Below are positions 29,535 to 39,436 of a DNA stretch of 64,000 nt, in pieces. The first letter of the stretch is position 1. Each line of letters starts with the position of its first letter. Under the pieces are notes generated by a model. It was not told the DNA's origin and did not search any database. It was given only the letters and a program-made list of their open reading frames with translations. The stretch is from assembly GCA_964558645.1 (NCBI GenBank), contig CAZLEV010000004.1, forward strand, positions 139,442 to 203,441, given 5' to 3'. A program made the position numbers and the translations under genes. This DNA comes from an uncultured archaeon (lineage in GTDB: Archaea > Asgardarchaeota > Thorarchaeia > Thorarchaeales > Thorarchaeaceae).

Positions 29535-29625
29535 TGGCGGCCCCCTAGCAGAATCGAACTGCTATCGCTTGCACGATCATGGGTTTGAAGCCCACGGAAC
29601 CCGACCACGGGCTCTGTAGGGGGCC
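29535..29625 (-). tRNA. selC: tRNA-Sec (anticodon UCA)
   Basis: GGCCCCCUA/UAGGGGGCC 9-bp acceptor stem, 7-bp D stem GAGCCCG/CGGGUUC, anticodon loop CU-UCA-AA, long variable arm, 4-bp T stem GCAG-UUCGAUU-CUGC, G73 and encoded CCA. Confidence 0.97.
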
Positions 29626-29780
29626 AGAAACTCGCCGCTAGAAAGACATATGCAGGTCTTAAAGGTCACGTATCAGTGCATTATTTGATAAGCCTTAAAG
29701 CGTATTGAAAGGTGCCACGATACTGTCAGAGAGGAGTCGCCCGGCCTTCGAAGCCTCTATGACACAACTCCAAAAGGTGC

Positions 29781-31322
29781 ATGAACTTGGTCATTGGCAT
29801 AGACGGCGATAGCCTGACTATCGAAGATGTCGTGAGAGTGGCACGACATGGAGAAGAAGTCGCTATTGCAGAGCAGGCAGTCCGGAAGATAAGAAGAAGT
29901 CGCGAGGTCGTCGAGCGCGCGATAAGCGAGAACAAGGTTGTCTACGGAATAAATACAGGCTTTGGGGAACTGGCGAATGTCAGAATTGGCTCGAAGGACC
30001 TAGCACAACTGCAGACCAATCTCATCCGTAGCCACAGCGCTGGAGTTGGCCAGCCTTTCGAAGAAGAGACGGTTAGGGGGATGATGCTGCTCCGAGCAAA
30101 CGCCCTATCCAAGGGATTCTCAGGAATACGCTTGACGGTCATTGAGACCCTCATTGAATTGCTCAATAAGGGAGTGACTCCTGTCGTCCCTCAGCAGGGG
30201 TCTGTTGGAGCCAGTGGAGATCTGGCACCGCTTGCACACATGACCCTGGTTCTCTTGGGGGAGGGAGAGGCCTTCTACGGTGGAGAGAGAATGTCAGGCC
30301 TTGATGTTCTCAACAAGGCAGGAATCAAACCAGTAAGTCTACAGGCAAAAGAAGGGGTGGCACTGATCAACGGAACACAGCCCATGAGTGCAGTAGGGGT
30401 ACTGGCCGTCTATGATGCAATGGAGCTGCTCAAGGATGCCACTGTTGCTGCCGCAATGAGCCTGGAGGCCCTCCGGGGAACAAGAAGCGCATATGACAAA
30501 CGCCTCCATGCAACCAGGCCCCACCAAGGCCAGATGGATGTCGCAGCAGCACTGCGGAGACTTCTTCCGCCCAGTGAGATAGGCGATTCGCATATCGATT
30601 GCGCTAAAGTGCAAGACGCGTATTCCATTCGCTGTGCACCTCAGGTCATTGGGGCCTCTCTGGACACAATCCGTTATGTGGCACAACTGCTTGAGGTAGA
30701 GATCAATTCTGCCACGGATAATCCACTCGTCTTCTATGAGAGCGAAGAGATTGTTTCCGGAGGTAACTTTCACGGCCAACCTGTGGCCTTGGCCATGGAT
30801 TTTCTTGGTATAGCCCTGGCGGAGCTTGCCAACATTGCAGAACGACGTATCAACCGTCTAGTCAATCCAAAACTGAGTGGACTCCCCTCGTTCCTGACTG
30901 AAGAGAGCGGATTGGAGTCCGGAATGATGCTTGCCCAGTACACTGCCGCTGCTCTGGTCTCGGAAAACAAGATATTGGCCCATCCAGCCAGTGTTGACTC
31001 AATTCCAACAAGTGCTGACCAGGAAGACCATGTCAGTATGGGAACTATCGCAGCACGCAAGTGCCGTACTATCCTCGAAAATGTGCGAAACGTCATCGCA
31101 ATTGAGTACATGTGTGCAGCACAAGGCTTGGACCTATTAGCACCACTCCAGGCCTCTGAACCCCTTGTTCATGCCAAAAAGACGATACGGACAAAAGTGG
31201 AGAAACTTGAAGATGACCGACAGCTCAGTGGAGATATCCTAGCTGTTTCCGAACTTGTGAGGACCAGGCAGATCTGCAGGGCTGTGGAAGAGATCACAGG
31301 CAGTCTCTACAGCGACAGCTGA
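29781..31322 (+). CDS. hutH: Histidine ammonia-lyase
   Basis: VYGINTGFG, GSVGASGDLAPL (MIO), QDAYSIRC, SGGNFHG, QEDHVSMG. Confidence 0.97.
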   Translation: MNLVIGIDGDSLTIEDVVRVARHGEEVAIAEQAVRKIRRSREVVERAISENKVVYGINTGFGELANVRIGSKDLAQLQTNLIRSHSAGVGQPFEEETVRGMMLLRANALSKGFSGIRLTVIETLIELLNKGVTPVVPQQGSVGASGDLAPLAHMTLVLLGEGEAFYGGERMSGLDVLNKAGIKPVSLQAKEGVALINGTQPMSAVGVLAVYDAMELLKDATVAAAMSLEALRGTRSAYDKRLHATRPHQGQMDVAAALRRLLPPSEIGDSHIDCAKVQDAYSIRCAPQVIGASLDTIRYVAQLLEVEINSATDNPLVFYESEEIVSGGNFHGQPVALAMDFLGIALAELANIAERRINRLVNPKLSGLPSFLTEESGLESGMMLAQYTAAALVSENKILAHPASVDSIPTSADQEDHVSMGTIAARKCRTILENVRNVIAIEYMCAAQGLDLLAPLQASEPLVHAKKTIRTKVEKLEDDRQLSGDILAVSELVRTRQICRAVEEITGSLYSDS

Positions 31323-31328
31323 GAGTTT

Positions 31329-32594
31329 CTACGGGCCCAACCGCGTATGCACTACTTCGCCATCTGCAATCACCGTATGCACAAGATTGATGCCGAACCG
31401 ATAAGCGATGAAGTCAGGATTGGGGCAGTCGAGTATGATGATGTTAGCACGCTTGCCGGCTTCAATACTTCCAACTTCCTGACCCCTATCTACGGCATGA
31501 GCTGCGTTTATGGTGGATGCGGAGATAGCCTCTTCGGGGTACATCTTCATCTTGTAGCAGGCCAGTGCGATGGTGAAAAACATCGACTCGTTTGCACAGT
31601 TTGGGTTAAAGTCCGTTGCAAGGGCCACAGGAAGCCCCATCTCTATCATAGAGCGTGCATCTGCATAATCACTATCCAGACTGAATGCCGTTGCAGGGAG
31701 GAGGGTAGCGATGGTCCCAGCACGTCGCATCTTCTCCAGGTCATCTACCGAGGCTTGAAGAAGGTGATCGGCCGAGACTGCACCAACTTCGGCGGCCAAT
31801 CCAGCCCCACCCAGCTGTACAATCTCATCCGCATGCACTTTCAGTCTCATGCCGGCCTTCTTCGCAGCAAGCAATATCCTCCTAGACTGCTCAATATCAA
31901 ACACTCCTTTCTCACAAAACACATCACAGAACTCTGCCAGATGCTCATCTGTGACTGCGGGAATCATCTCGTCCACTACGAGATCCACATAGTCGTCCGT
32001 CCGTCCCTTGTACTCAGGAGGGATTGCGTGAGCCCCGAGAAAGGTGGAGATGATCTCAGTGGGCAACATCTCGCAGAGAGCCCCTGCAGCTCTGAGCATC
32101 TTCAGTTCGTTCTCTGTATCAAGACCGTATCCGCTCTTTGCCTCGATGGTTGTTGTTCCTCGGGCTAACATGCCATCAGCAAACGAGAATGCATTACTTC
32201 GAAGCTCGCTGAGTGTTGCAGAACGTGTTGCTCGGAGAGTATTCAGTATCCCTCCTCCCGACTCGAGTATCTCCATGTACGACTTGCCGGCGAGCTTCAT
32301 AGCGAAATCATGTTCCCGTGAGCCACCAAAGACAAGGTGGGTATGACTATCTACAAACCCCGGCAGGGCAAACATGTCGGGAAACTCAATGGGTGGAATG
32401 GCAGGTTCTTCGTCTACTGCAGAGAGCACACTCGGTGTTGTTCCAGCAGCAATAATCCGGCCCCCCTTGATTGCAACTGCCCCGTTCTCAATCATCGATA
32501 GCTCTCTCATCTCGCTCCCTACCTTGGGTGCTTCACTATGCCCTGCAAGAGTCGCTAGTCTACCAATATTAGTCAGTAAGAGATCGGGCTTCAT
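31329..32594 (-). CDS. hutI: Imidazolonepropionase
   Basis: PGFVDSHTH, EAKSGYGL, DVFCEKG, HADE, ATDFNP. Confidence 0.96.
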   Translation of the reverse strand: MKPDLLLTNIGRLATLAGHSEAPKVGSEMRELSMIENGAVAIKGGRIIAAGTTPSVLSAVDEEPAIPPIEFPDMFALPGFVDSHTHLVFGGSREHDFAMKLAGKSYMEILESGGGILNTLRATRSATLSELRSNAFSFADGMLARGTTTIEAKSGYGLDTENELKMLRAAGALCEMLPTEIISTFLGAHAIPPEYKGRTDDYVDLVVDEMIPAVTDEHLAEFCDVFCEKGVFDIEQSRRILLAAKKAGMRLKVHADEIVQLGGAGLAAEVGAVSADHLLQASVDDLEKMRRAGTIATLLPATAFSLDSDYADARSMIEMGLPVALATDFNPNCANESMFFTIALACYKMKMYPEEAISASTINAAHAVDRGQEVGSIEAGKRANIIILDCPNPDFIAYRFGINLVHTVIADGEVVHTRLGP

Positions 32595-32710
32595 ACTCTG
32601 TCCTCATATGAGTTCTCAAGACAGGTCCCTGATTTAGGTTGTGTTTGCTTTGGAAAAGCCATAACTAATTAAGCCGGTCGCCGTCGCGTTGAACCAACCA
32701 CAGAAAGGGA

Positions 32711-33298
32711 TTGCTGATGAAGTATCTGATCCTGAGCTGGCAGGATGTATACAATCTCACCTTGCAGCTGTCTGAGAGGGTTGTCGATAGTGGATTCAAG
32801 CCAGATGTCATTGTAGGGATAGCACGCGGGGGATGGATACCGGCACGCATTCTGTCAGACGTCCTCTATGTAAGCCCCATGTGGAACGTCCGCATAGAGT
32901 ACTACTCTGCCCTTGGAGTCAGCGGAAAGGAGCCAAAGATCACACAACCCTTGTCAGTACCTCTAGAGGATAGCAGCGTCCTGCTGGTTGATGAGGTTGC
33001 TGATACAGGAGACAGTCTAGCACATGCAATAGAACACGTCAAGTCACATGATGTTGCAGAGCTGAAGACAGCCGTACTCCACCTCAAGAGTGGATGCTGT
33101 GTTATGCCAGACTACTACATGCAGCTGGTTGATGCATGGACTGTCTACCCTTGGGAGATGCGAGAATCAATCATTGACCTCGTGAGGGTCTTCAAGAACG
33201 AGAATCCAGAGAGCGAGATGAACGAGATTCGTGACAGGCTTGTGTTCGAAGTAGGTTTCGAGCCTACTGTGGCCGACTACTTCATCAAGCGACTCTAG
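32711..33298 (+). CDS. Purine phosphoribosyltransferase family protein
   Basis: GIARGGW, VLLVDEVADTGDSL, VYPWE. Confidence 0.9.
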   Translation: MLMKYLILSWQDVYNLTLQLSERVVDSGFKPDVIVGIARGGWIPARILSDVLYVSPMWNVRIEYYSALGVSGKEPKITQPLSVPLEDSSVLLVDEVADTGDSLAHAIEHVKSHDVAELKTAVLHLKSGCCVMPDYYMQLVDAWTVYPWEMRESIIDLVRVFKNENPESEMNEIRDRLVFEVGFEPTVADYFIKRL

Positions 33299-33315
33299 CA
33301 GAATCCCAAGGTGAA

Positions 33316-33903
33316 ATGAGCATGAGGATTGAAGATCTCACGAGCAACACAGACGAGGTGTTCGCCGGCATAGCAGAATTGCAGAATGAGAACCACCTAG
33401 CTCCAGATGACCTCATCAAGATTGCGATAGAGATGGCAAAGGATGCACTCGCCATACAGTTTCTCAACCCTCACCACATTGCAGGCGAGCTGCACCTTCT
33501 TGCCGCTGCCCAGAATGCATGGAATGCTTGGTCTGGAAGCTATTCAATTGCTCGATCCCTTGATGTGGAGATCATACTCTACGCTTCTGCACAGAGACAG
33601 ATCAAGAATGCATTCTCAGCCTTGGGACTTGAGGTAGGGCTCGGCAGTGTGGCAGTAGTCGTTATCGCAGAGAGTGAAGACTCGGTGAAGGATGTTTTGA
33701 GGAGAATGGAGCAGAGGGTGGGAGCAAGTCTTGATGAGCCATTCATCGCGGATCGAGAACGTCTGGAAAGAATTCAGCTGTTCTTTGACATCCCAGACAT
33801 TGAATTAGATGCAATATCCGAGTCGAGGGCGCTGGAGGACAGATGGGAGGCGCTCGTACGATGTGTGGTGAGCCGCGTCTCGCTCGTTGCAACCGAAGCG
33901 TGA
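33316..33903 (+). CDS. cgi121: KEOPS complex subunit Cgi121
   Basis: ARSLDVEIILYASAQRQIKNAF. Confidence 0.88.
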   Translation: MSMRIEDLTSNTDEVFAGIAELQNENHLAPDDLIKIAIEMAKDALAIQFLNPHHIAGELHLLAAAQNAWNAWSGSYSIARSLDVEIILYASAQRQIKNAFSALGLEVGLGSVAVVVIAESEDSVKDVLRRMEQRVGASLDEPFIADRERLERIQLFFDIPDIELDAISESRALEDRWEALVRCVVSRVSLVATEA

Positions 33904-33908
33904 AGTCC

Positions 33909-34457
33909 TTACTCGGTATCATCGATTAGCTGCTTGATGGAGAGAATATCGTCCTCTGACTGAAGAATCGAAAGCCCCGTCCATTTTCCCACAACCTCAA
34001 TCCAGATGATCTTATCAGGTTGTTCAAGGTCAACAGGACTGGACACAAGCTCAGCAACGGCATCGATGATATCCATGGTGTCAAGTTCTGTATATCTGCT
34101 CCGCACAGTCACTCTGAACTTCTCTTCAGGCCCGATTCTACCTACAAGCGTTTCTGCTGCATCAACAATCTCAGAGATTTCCGATTTCACACAACGTTCG
34201 ATAGGCGTGAACTTGATTGCATATCTGAACTGGTATGGGTTCTCTTCAGCCAGTTCCTTCAGTTGTTCAACAACCTTGAAAGGATCCTTAGACGTCTTCA
34301 CAGCCAATAGACCAGAAATCGGAGTGATATTTGTGTCAAGATTGTCATCGCCGATAAGGTCCCCGATGAAATAGACAACCTCTGAGCGAGCAGCACTCTC
34401 TCGGTCGCGTGGCGTACTTACGATTAGATTCCAGTCGTGCAGTCGGTGTTCCCTCAC
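33909..34457 (-). CDS. THUMP domain protein (Tan1-like)
   Basis: KFRVTVRSR...VDLEQPDKIIWIEVVG. Confidence 0.88.
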   Translation of the reverse strand: MREHRLHDWNLIVSTPRDRESAARSEVVYFIGDLIGDDNLDTNITPISGLLAVKTSKDPFKVVEQLKELAEENPYQFRYAIKFTPIERCVKSEISEIVDAAETLVGRIGPEEKFRVTVRSRYTELDTMDIIDAVAELVSSPVDLEQPDKIIWIEVVGKWTGLSILQSEDDILSIKQLIDDTE

Positions 34458-35185
34458 TTATCAGCATACACTATTCTGCTCGTCCAAAACTCAAGTGCAC
34501 CCTCGGAAACTCTGAGGCTCTCGGTCAGACGTTCCATGGAGATTTCACCCTCACGGTAGACTTTGATATTTGCCGGGGTCCCTGATTCAACCATAACGAT
34601 TGTTGAACTTTTCGATGCCTCAGAGGGCCCAGCATCGATGTACAGGTCCACTTCATCACCAAGTTGTTCTTGTGCAATGGAAACACTGAATGGGGTCTGG
34701 CCTCCGTGACGGTTTGCACTTGTACCAACTATCGGACCTTCAATCTTAGCCGCGATGCCGCGAGGGATTATATGATCCGGTACACGAATAGCAATCGAGT
34801 CCCGTCGTCCTGTGACATTGGGTGATACATCCGGTTTGGCATCAACAACGAGAGTGAGTGCTCCGGGCCAGAAGAGCTTGGCAAGAATGCTCTCAAGGTC
34901 ACTGAAATCGTGATACAACTCGCACTGAGAATAGTCAGAAAAGAGGAGCGGAAGGCCTAGGTCAGGATCCCGTCGCTTTACCTGAAGTAGCCGGTCCACA
35001 GCGGTTTCAATCCTCGGGTCACAGGCAATCCCGTAGCTGGTGTCCGTTGGGTAGACAATCACCCCACCAGAGAGCAAGATGTCTGCAGCCCTGCTAACGA
35101 TGTCTTCTGGTGATGCATCCGTTCGATATTCAAGAGTTTCCGCAGTCAATTGGCCACTCCCATCTATCCAGCAACAAACACCCAT
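34454..35185 (-). CDS. sua5: L-threonylcarbamoyladenylate synthase (YrdC/Sua5)
   Basis: YPTDTSYG, FWPGALT, IRVPDH, GTSAN. True start is probably TTG 35149. Confidence 0.92.
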   Translation of the reverse strand: MGVCCWIDGSGQLTAETLEYRTDASPEDIVSRAADILLSGGVIVYPTDTSYGIACDPRIETAVDRLLQVKRRDPDLGLPLLFSDYSQCELYHDFSDLESILAKLFWPGALTLVVDAKPDVSPNVTGRRDSIAIRVPDHIIPRGIAAKIEGPIVGTSANRHGGQTPFSVSIAQEQLGDEVDLYIDAGPSEASKSSTIVMVESGTPANIKVYREGEISMERLTESLRVSEGALEFWTSRIVYADK

Positions 35186-35265
35186 ATGGGCGTTACGCTT
35201 TGCCCGATGAGTGATTGCCTACGCCAAAAATAGATATGCCTCTCGCCTTACTTGTAGAGTGAGGG

Positions 35266-36291
35266 ATGAACATCTACGCCATAGTTCTGGCTGCAGGAAA
35301 AGGAGACCGTCTTCTCCCGTTAACAGCAGAATATCACAAATCACTCTTCCCGGTTCTAGGAGAGAGCATTCTGCACAGGCTCCTCTCCGCCCTCATCCGC
35401 TCCGGAATTGAAGACATCACAGTCGGAGTTGGATGGCTTGCTGAACAGATTGAAACCCATCTCAAGGACTTTAGGTTTGAGAAGAAAATACATGTGGCAC
35501 ACGTAGAGAACTACGAGATCGGCCCCTTGAGAACTTTCGCTACTACTCTCCAGAGATGTTCTGCTTCAAGGCTTCTTGTATGCCCCGGGGACCTGCTAGC
35601 TGATGCAGAAGTCATCACGAGCTTCTTGGAGAGTGAGAAAAAGGCGAGAGCGCTAGTTAACATTGCAATTGATACTGCAGCCAGTAGGGGAACCAAGATC
35701 TATGGTGATGACGATGGAAAGGTGGTGAGTTTCACATCAAGTGATGCAGGGAGATACTTGGGCCGTTCTGCTATGCTCCTAGGCGTAGACATGGAGTTCC
35801 TTGATTATGTACTCGACTGTCTTCAGAGAGGGCACACCACTGTGGTTCATGCAATCGAACACGCAATTTCTCAGGGAGAGGAGGTCCAAGGTGTTCCCAT
35901 ACAGGGCGATTGGTTTGATATCGACGGGCCCACACCGTTGCTGAGATGCATGAAGCATCTGCTTGATATCACGAAGACTGCTGAGAGGGCAGACATATTC
36001 CTGACACGTGGCGATGTATTCGAAGTGGGGCAACACATAGAGTTTCCATCGGGCACCGTTATCGAGAAGGATGTTACTCTCAAAGGTCCGCTATATATTG
36101 GCAAGAGGTGTCATATATCCACAGGCTCACGCATCGGCCCATATGTTGACCTTGAAGACGATACTAGACTGGGCTCTGACGTCAGACTGACAGAGTGCCT
36201 TGCCTTCAACAATGCAGATGTTGGTGACGGCACTCATCGAGAGCAAGCAATAATATGTGGAAAGGAAGCAATCAGAGATAGGGGAAACTGA
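35266..36291 (+). CDS. Sugar-phosphate nucleotidyltransferase family protein
   Basis: LAAGKGDRLLPLT...K, WFDID, C-terminal hexapeptide repeats. Confidence 0.88.
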   Translation: MNIYAIVLAAGKGDRLLPLTAEYHKSLFPVLGESILHRLLSALIRSGIEDITVGVGWLAEQIETHLKDFRFEKKIHVAHVENYEIGPLRTFATTLQRCSASRLLVCPGDLLADAEVITSFLESEKKARALVNIAIDTAASRGTKIYGDDDGKVVSFTSSDAGRYLGRSAMLLGVDMEFLDYVLDCLQRGHTTVVHAIEHAISQGEEVQGVPIQGDWFDIDGPTPLLRCMKHLLDITKTAERADIFLTRGDVFEVGQHIEFPSGTVIEKDVTLKGPLYIGKRCHISTGSRIGPYVDLEDDTRLGSDVRLTECLAFNNADVGDGTHREQAIICGKEAIRDRGN

Positions 36292-36905
36292 TGTCGCCCA
36301 GCAGGTTCAGACTGAGAAGAGTATTCAAGCGGCCAATAGCAAGACTGGCGGCCCCAATGGCAGCAAGGGGAGTCAAACCGAACACCGTGACCTATCTCTC
36401 ACTCCTGATTGCTATCCTATCATTTCTCCTTCTGCACCTCCTTAAATCAGAACCTCTCTACGGAATTGCTATATTCATCATGGGAGTGTTAGACGGTCTC
36501 GACGGCGCCATAGCTCGTCTATCAGGTAAGAGTTCAGATGTAGGTGCCTTTCTTGACTCGGTCATCGACAAGGTCTCCGAGGGAGTCATCCTCCTTGCTG
36601 TTGCATTCCATCTTGAGGGCCAGACAATGCTTGACCTGCGGGCGGAAGTCTGGGTTGCCCTCTGCATCTTAGGTTGGCTCCTCACCAGCTATACTAGGGC
36701 AAGAGCGGACAATCTTCGTGTCGCAGACCTAGATGTGGGACTTGGAGCAAGGTCTGAACGCATCTTCACTCTCTTTCTGTTCAGTCTGGTGTCTTGGCTC
36801 AGATGGGGCATAGTTCTTGTGGCGATGATGGGGCTTCTTACAGCGGGTTACCGCTACTATCACTACACAAGAGAGATCGAAGAACGTGAGAAACAGAGGG
36901 AATAA
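36291..36905 (+). CDS. CDP-alcohol phosphatidyltransferase (archaetidylinositol-phosphate synthase-like)
   Basis: DGLDGAIAR...GAFLDSVIDK, SYTRARA, RSER. Confidence 0.92.
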   Translation: MSPSRFRLRRVFKRPIARLAAPMAARGVKPNTVTYLSLLIAILSFLLLHLLKSEPLYGIAIFIMGVLDGLDGAIARLSGKSSDVGAFLDSVIDKVSEGVILLAVAFHLEGQTMLDLRAEVWVALCILGWLLTSYTRARADNLRVADLDVGLGARSERIFTLFLFSLVSWLRWGIVLVAMMGLLTAGYRYYHYTREIEEREKQRE

Positions 36906-36981
36906 AGAGAGGGAAACACCATCATACTTAAGAGCAGCCCGAGCTAGGCCGCTCAAGAGCAATTTCGGGAGAACCGAGACT

Positions 36982-37404
36982 ATGGCCATATTCAGGGCAG
37001 ATCACTATCTTATTGCAGAATTTGATAATATCCAAGACGCAAGGGCAGACGGCGAGAAAATCCTCAAGGCCCTCAAGGAACTAGATGCATTGAAAGACCT
37101 AGCAATTGTGTCGAAGCGCATGGAAGGAAAGCAGTGGTCGGAGATTGTCGGGCGTATAGACATCCCGGAGGGCTCTAAGGCTTTCTGGGCCATGATCAAG
37201 AAAGAGGTCAATGATAGAGAGCCCTATAATCTCTTCATCCGAATTGATGTGAATGCAGAGGCGAATGACATCGAAGAGGCTCGTGAAAAGGTCAGCAAAT
37301 GGGTCGAGAGGGAGTGGGTTCCCAAGATTGAGGATAACATCTCCGTTAAGACCATCAAAGTTCTCAGACCCGAAGAGATCTACATGCCCAAACTGGACAA
37401 CTAG
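36982..37404 (+). CDS. Hypothetical protein
   Basis: ORF with typical codon usage; ATG 36982 after GGAG. Confidence 0.7.
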   Translation: MAIFRADHYLIAEFDNIQDARADGEKILKALKELDALKDLAIVSKRMEGKQWSEIVGRIDIPEGSKAFWAMIKKEVNDREPYNLFIRIDVNAEANDIEEAREKVSKWVEREWVPKIEDNISVKTIKVLRPEEIYMPKLDN

Positions 37405-37509
37405 CTGGTCAGTGTGGTAGGCATCTCAGTGATACTCAGACGTGGTCAGACTACTACTCAAGAGGCGGAAAGAAGCTGTACGAATCTACGCCGTGCAAGA
37501 CTGTATAGT

Positions 37510-38523
37510 CTATGATGAAAGATTCACAGCAATGATATGCAAGTTGTTTCCAACAGCCTGTACAATCTCCATCTTCTTGTCACCGTTCAAATCACCAAAT
37601 GCAATGAGGGATTCAACAGCAGACTTCTCCGTCTTCAGAGCAGTATTAGGAACCAATTGGCGACCGTCGAGACTCAAGAGGCCAATACTCGAGTCCGCAT
37701 GAGTGACAAGTATTTGGCCGGGGGAAGAAGTATCATCGCTCACATGACCCATCTTTATTCCTGTCACGGGACTGGGACCTCTGAGGTTGTCAAACTGCTC
37801 AATCCGTCCCTGAACAATCCCATAGAGAGTGAGGTTATTCTCGCATATAGTTACTATTTCATCATAACGGTCGCCGCTCACGCTCCCAGCACAGACAAGA
37901 CTCACCTTGCCTTTCGTTCCTGTTCGAATGGACTCATGAAGACGATCATCAGCGTATCTGTAGATGTAGAGCTGTTCACTATCATCGCCAAAGACGATTC
38001 GCGAATACGGAACACCTTTGCCACCTAGCTGACGAATGGAGAACACGGGATAATCGATGACTTTGTGAGCGAGCTTGTCTAGAGCCGAGTCGTACCAGCC
38101 AAAACAGCGTAGTGCCTTATCATTGGTTGATACAATGACCTCTGCATTGTTGCTCCCCATGACATTTGTAGCGCAGAGTGCAGTCGGAAGTGTACCGAGG
38201 GGGCTGCATGCCACTTCGTTCAGGCAACCATCGTCATAGTGGATTATCCTAAGGGTGTTGTCTAGGCCTCCGACAACAACATCTGGAATGCCATCCCCTG
38301 TGACATCACCTACGTCCATTGAGGACACAGGGGGGATATTCTCTATGCGGCATTCTTCCGTTAAGGAGGAAAAGGACTCGGATGATAGCTGCATCACTCT
38401 GACATCACCGTTCATGGTTGTGACAACGAGACTGTCAACCCCTTCATTCGTGAGGTCGACGAAATCAACTGAGGTGATGGCTTCCTTGAATGGAATGTCA
38501 GCAACCACTTCGAGCTCAGTCAT
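37510..38523 (-). CDS. Cytoplasmic FG-GAP-type beta-propeller protein
   Basis: VGDVTGDGIPDVVVG, FGDLNGDKKMEIV repeats; no signal peptide. Confidence 0.75.
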   Translation of the reverse strand: MTELEVVADIPFKEAITSVDFVDLTNEGVDSLVVTTMNGDVRVMQLSSESFSSLTEECRIENIPPVSSMDVGDVTGDGIPDVVVGGLDNTLRIIHYDDGCLNEVACSPLGTLPTALCATNVMGSNNAEVIVSTNDKALRCFGWYDSALDKLAHKVIDYPVFSIRQLGGKGVPYSRIVFGDDSEQLYIYRYADDRLHESIRTGTKGKVSLVCAGSVSGDRYDEIVTICENNLTLYGIVQGRIEQFDNLRGPSPVTGIKMGHVSDDTSSPGQILVTHADSSIGLLSLDGRQLVPNTALKTEKSAVESLIAFGDLNGDKKMEIVQAVGNNLHIIAVNLSS

Positions 38524-38680
38524 AAGAGAGAAACCTCATGTCGGACAGAAGTCCCTTGCAGTGAGTGATTGCGAGAACAATTTAAGAGTTATTCCAATAT
38601 GGTGGAGAACCAAGAGTGCCATCACTCTGTGAATAGAGACGCGCTTAAGTTTCGCCCGTATGACATAGAGGAGACAATAG

Positions 38681-39226
38681 ATGACCTCACCGGATGACGA
38701 ATCGATGCTCAATCGGGACTATTGGAATGTTACTCCCGATGAACTGGCTGAGGAGATTAGAGCATTCACTAGCGAGTTCGGTTCATTTTCCCCAGAATGG
38801 TTTGTCGAGGTCAAGTTCCATCTCCTCAAGAGCCACGGGCTAGTGAAGGAAACCAGAAACGAGCTCTGTAGTGTTGCAATTGACAGAGGACTGTGTCCAC
38901 ACTGTGATCACCTTTACATCGCCAAGAAATGTCTTCTATGGTACGACCTCTACAAGCTGGTGAGCTGGAATATTGTCAGAAGGGCTCCCCCCTGCATTCG
39001 CATAGCTCTTACGAGAAAGAACATCAAGACCGTTGTCAACTTCCTCACGAATGCCAATCTGCTCGACCCCCCGTACTATACATCGAGGGGAGCTCCGACC
39101 TGTGCGAGTATGGAGCGGTGGGGCCTCTGCAGTCCTGATGAGTACTGCAAAGCTATGGAGTCAGGACGAACGCTGGAATATGTCAAAGTGAGAGAGAGAA
39201 TGAAACGCTCCAGGCCAACCAGATGA
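38681..39226 (+). CDS. Stand-alone primase large-subunit C-terminal (4Fe-4S)-like domain protein
   Basis: PPCI...PTC...GLCSPDEYC, the four-Cys spacing of the PriL C-terminal domain. Confidence 0.65.
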   Translation: MTSPDDESMLNRDYWNVTPDELAEEIRAFTSEFGSFSPEWFVEVKFHLLKSHGLVKETRNELCSVAIDRGLCPHCDHLYIAKKCLLWYDLYKLVSWNIVRRAPPCIRIALTRKNIKTVVNFLTNANLLDPPYYTSRGAPTCASMERWGLCSPDEYCKAMESGRTLEYVKVRERMKRSRPTR

Positions 39227-39436
39227 GCATTGATGTCTTGTGACTCCTTAAATATCGGTTTCACCTTTCGCAGTGTTGAGTCGTGACCAATGCTCCCCAG
39301 AAGGACCCACCAAGGTACACCGGAGCCCGGTGAAACGAAAGAGGCTGCACTCGGAGACCTCGATATTGAAACCGTGAATCTGATCAGGAAGACTGGCATA
39401 AGGGAGAACAGCATTGCAGGGGGAGGGCGCGATGGG

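Noticed and set aside
31347-32168. 273-aa + strand ORF
   Set aside because: Antisense shadow of hutI.
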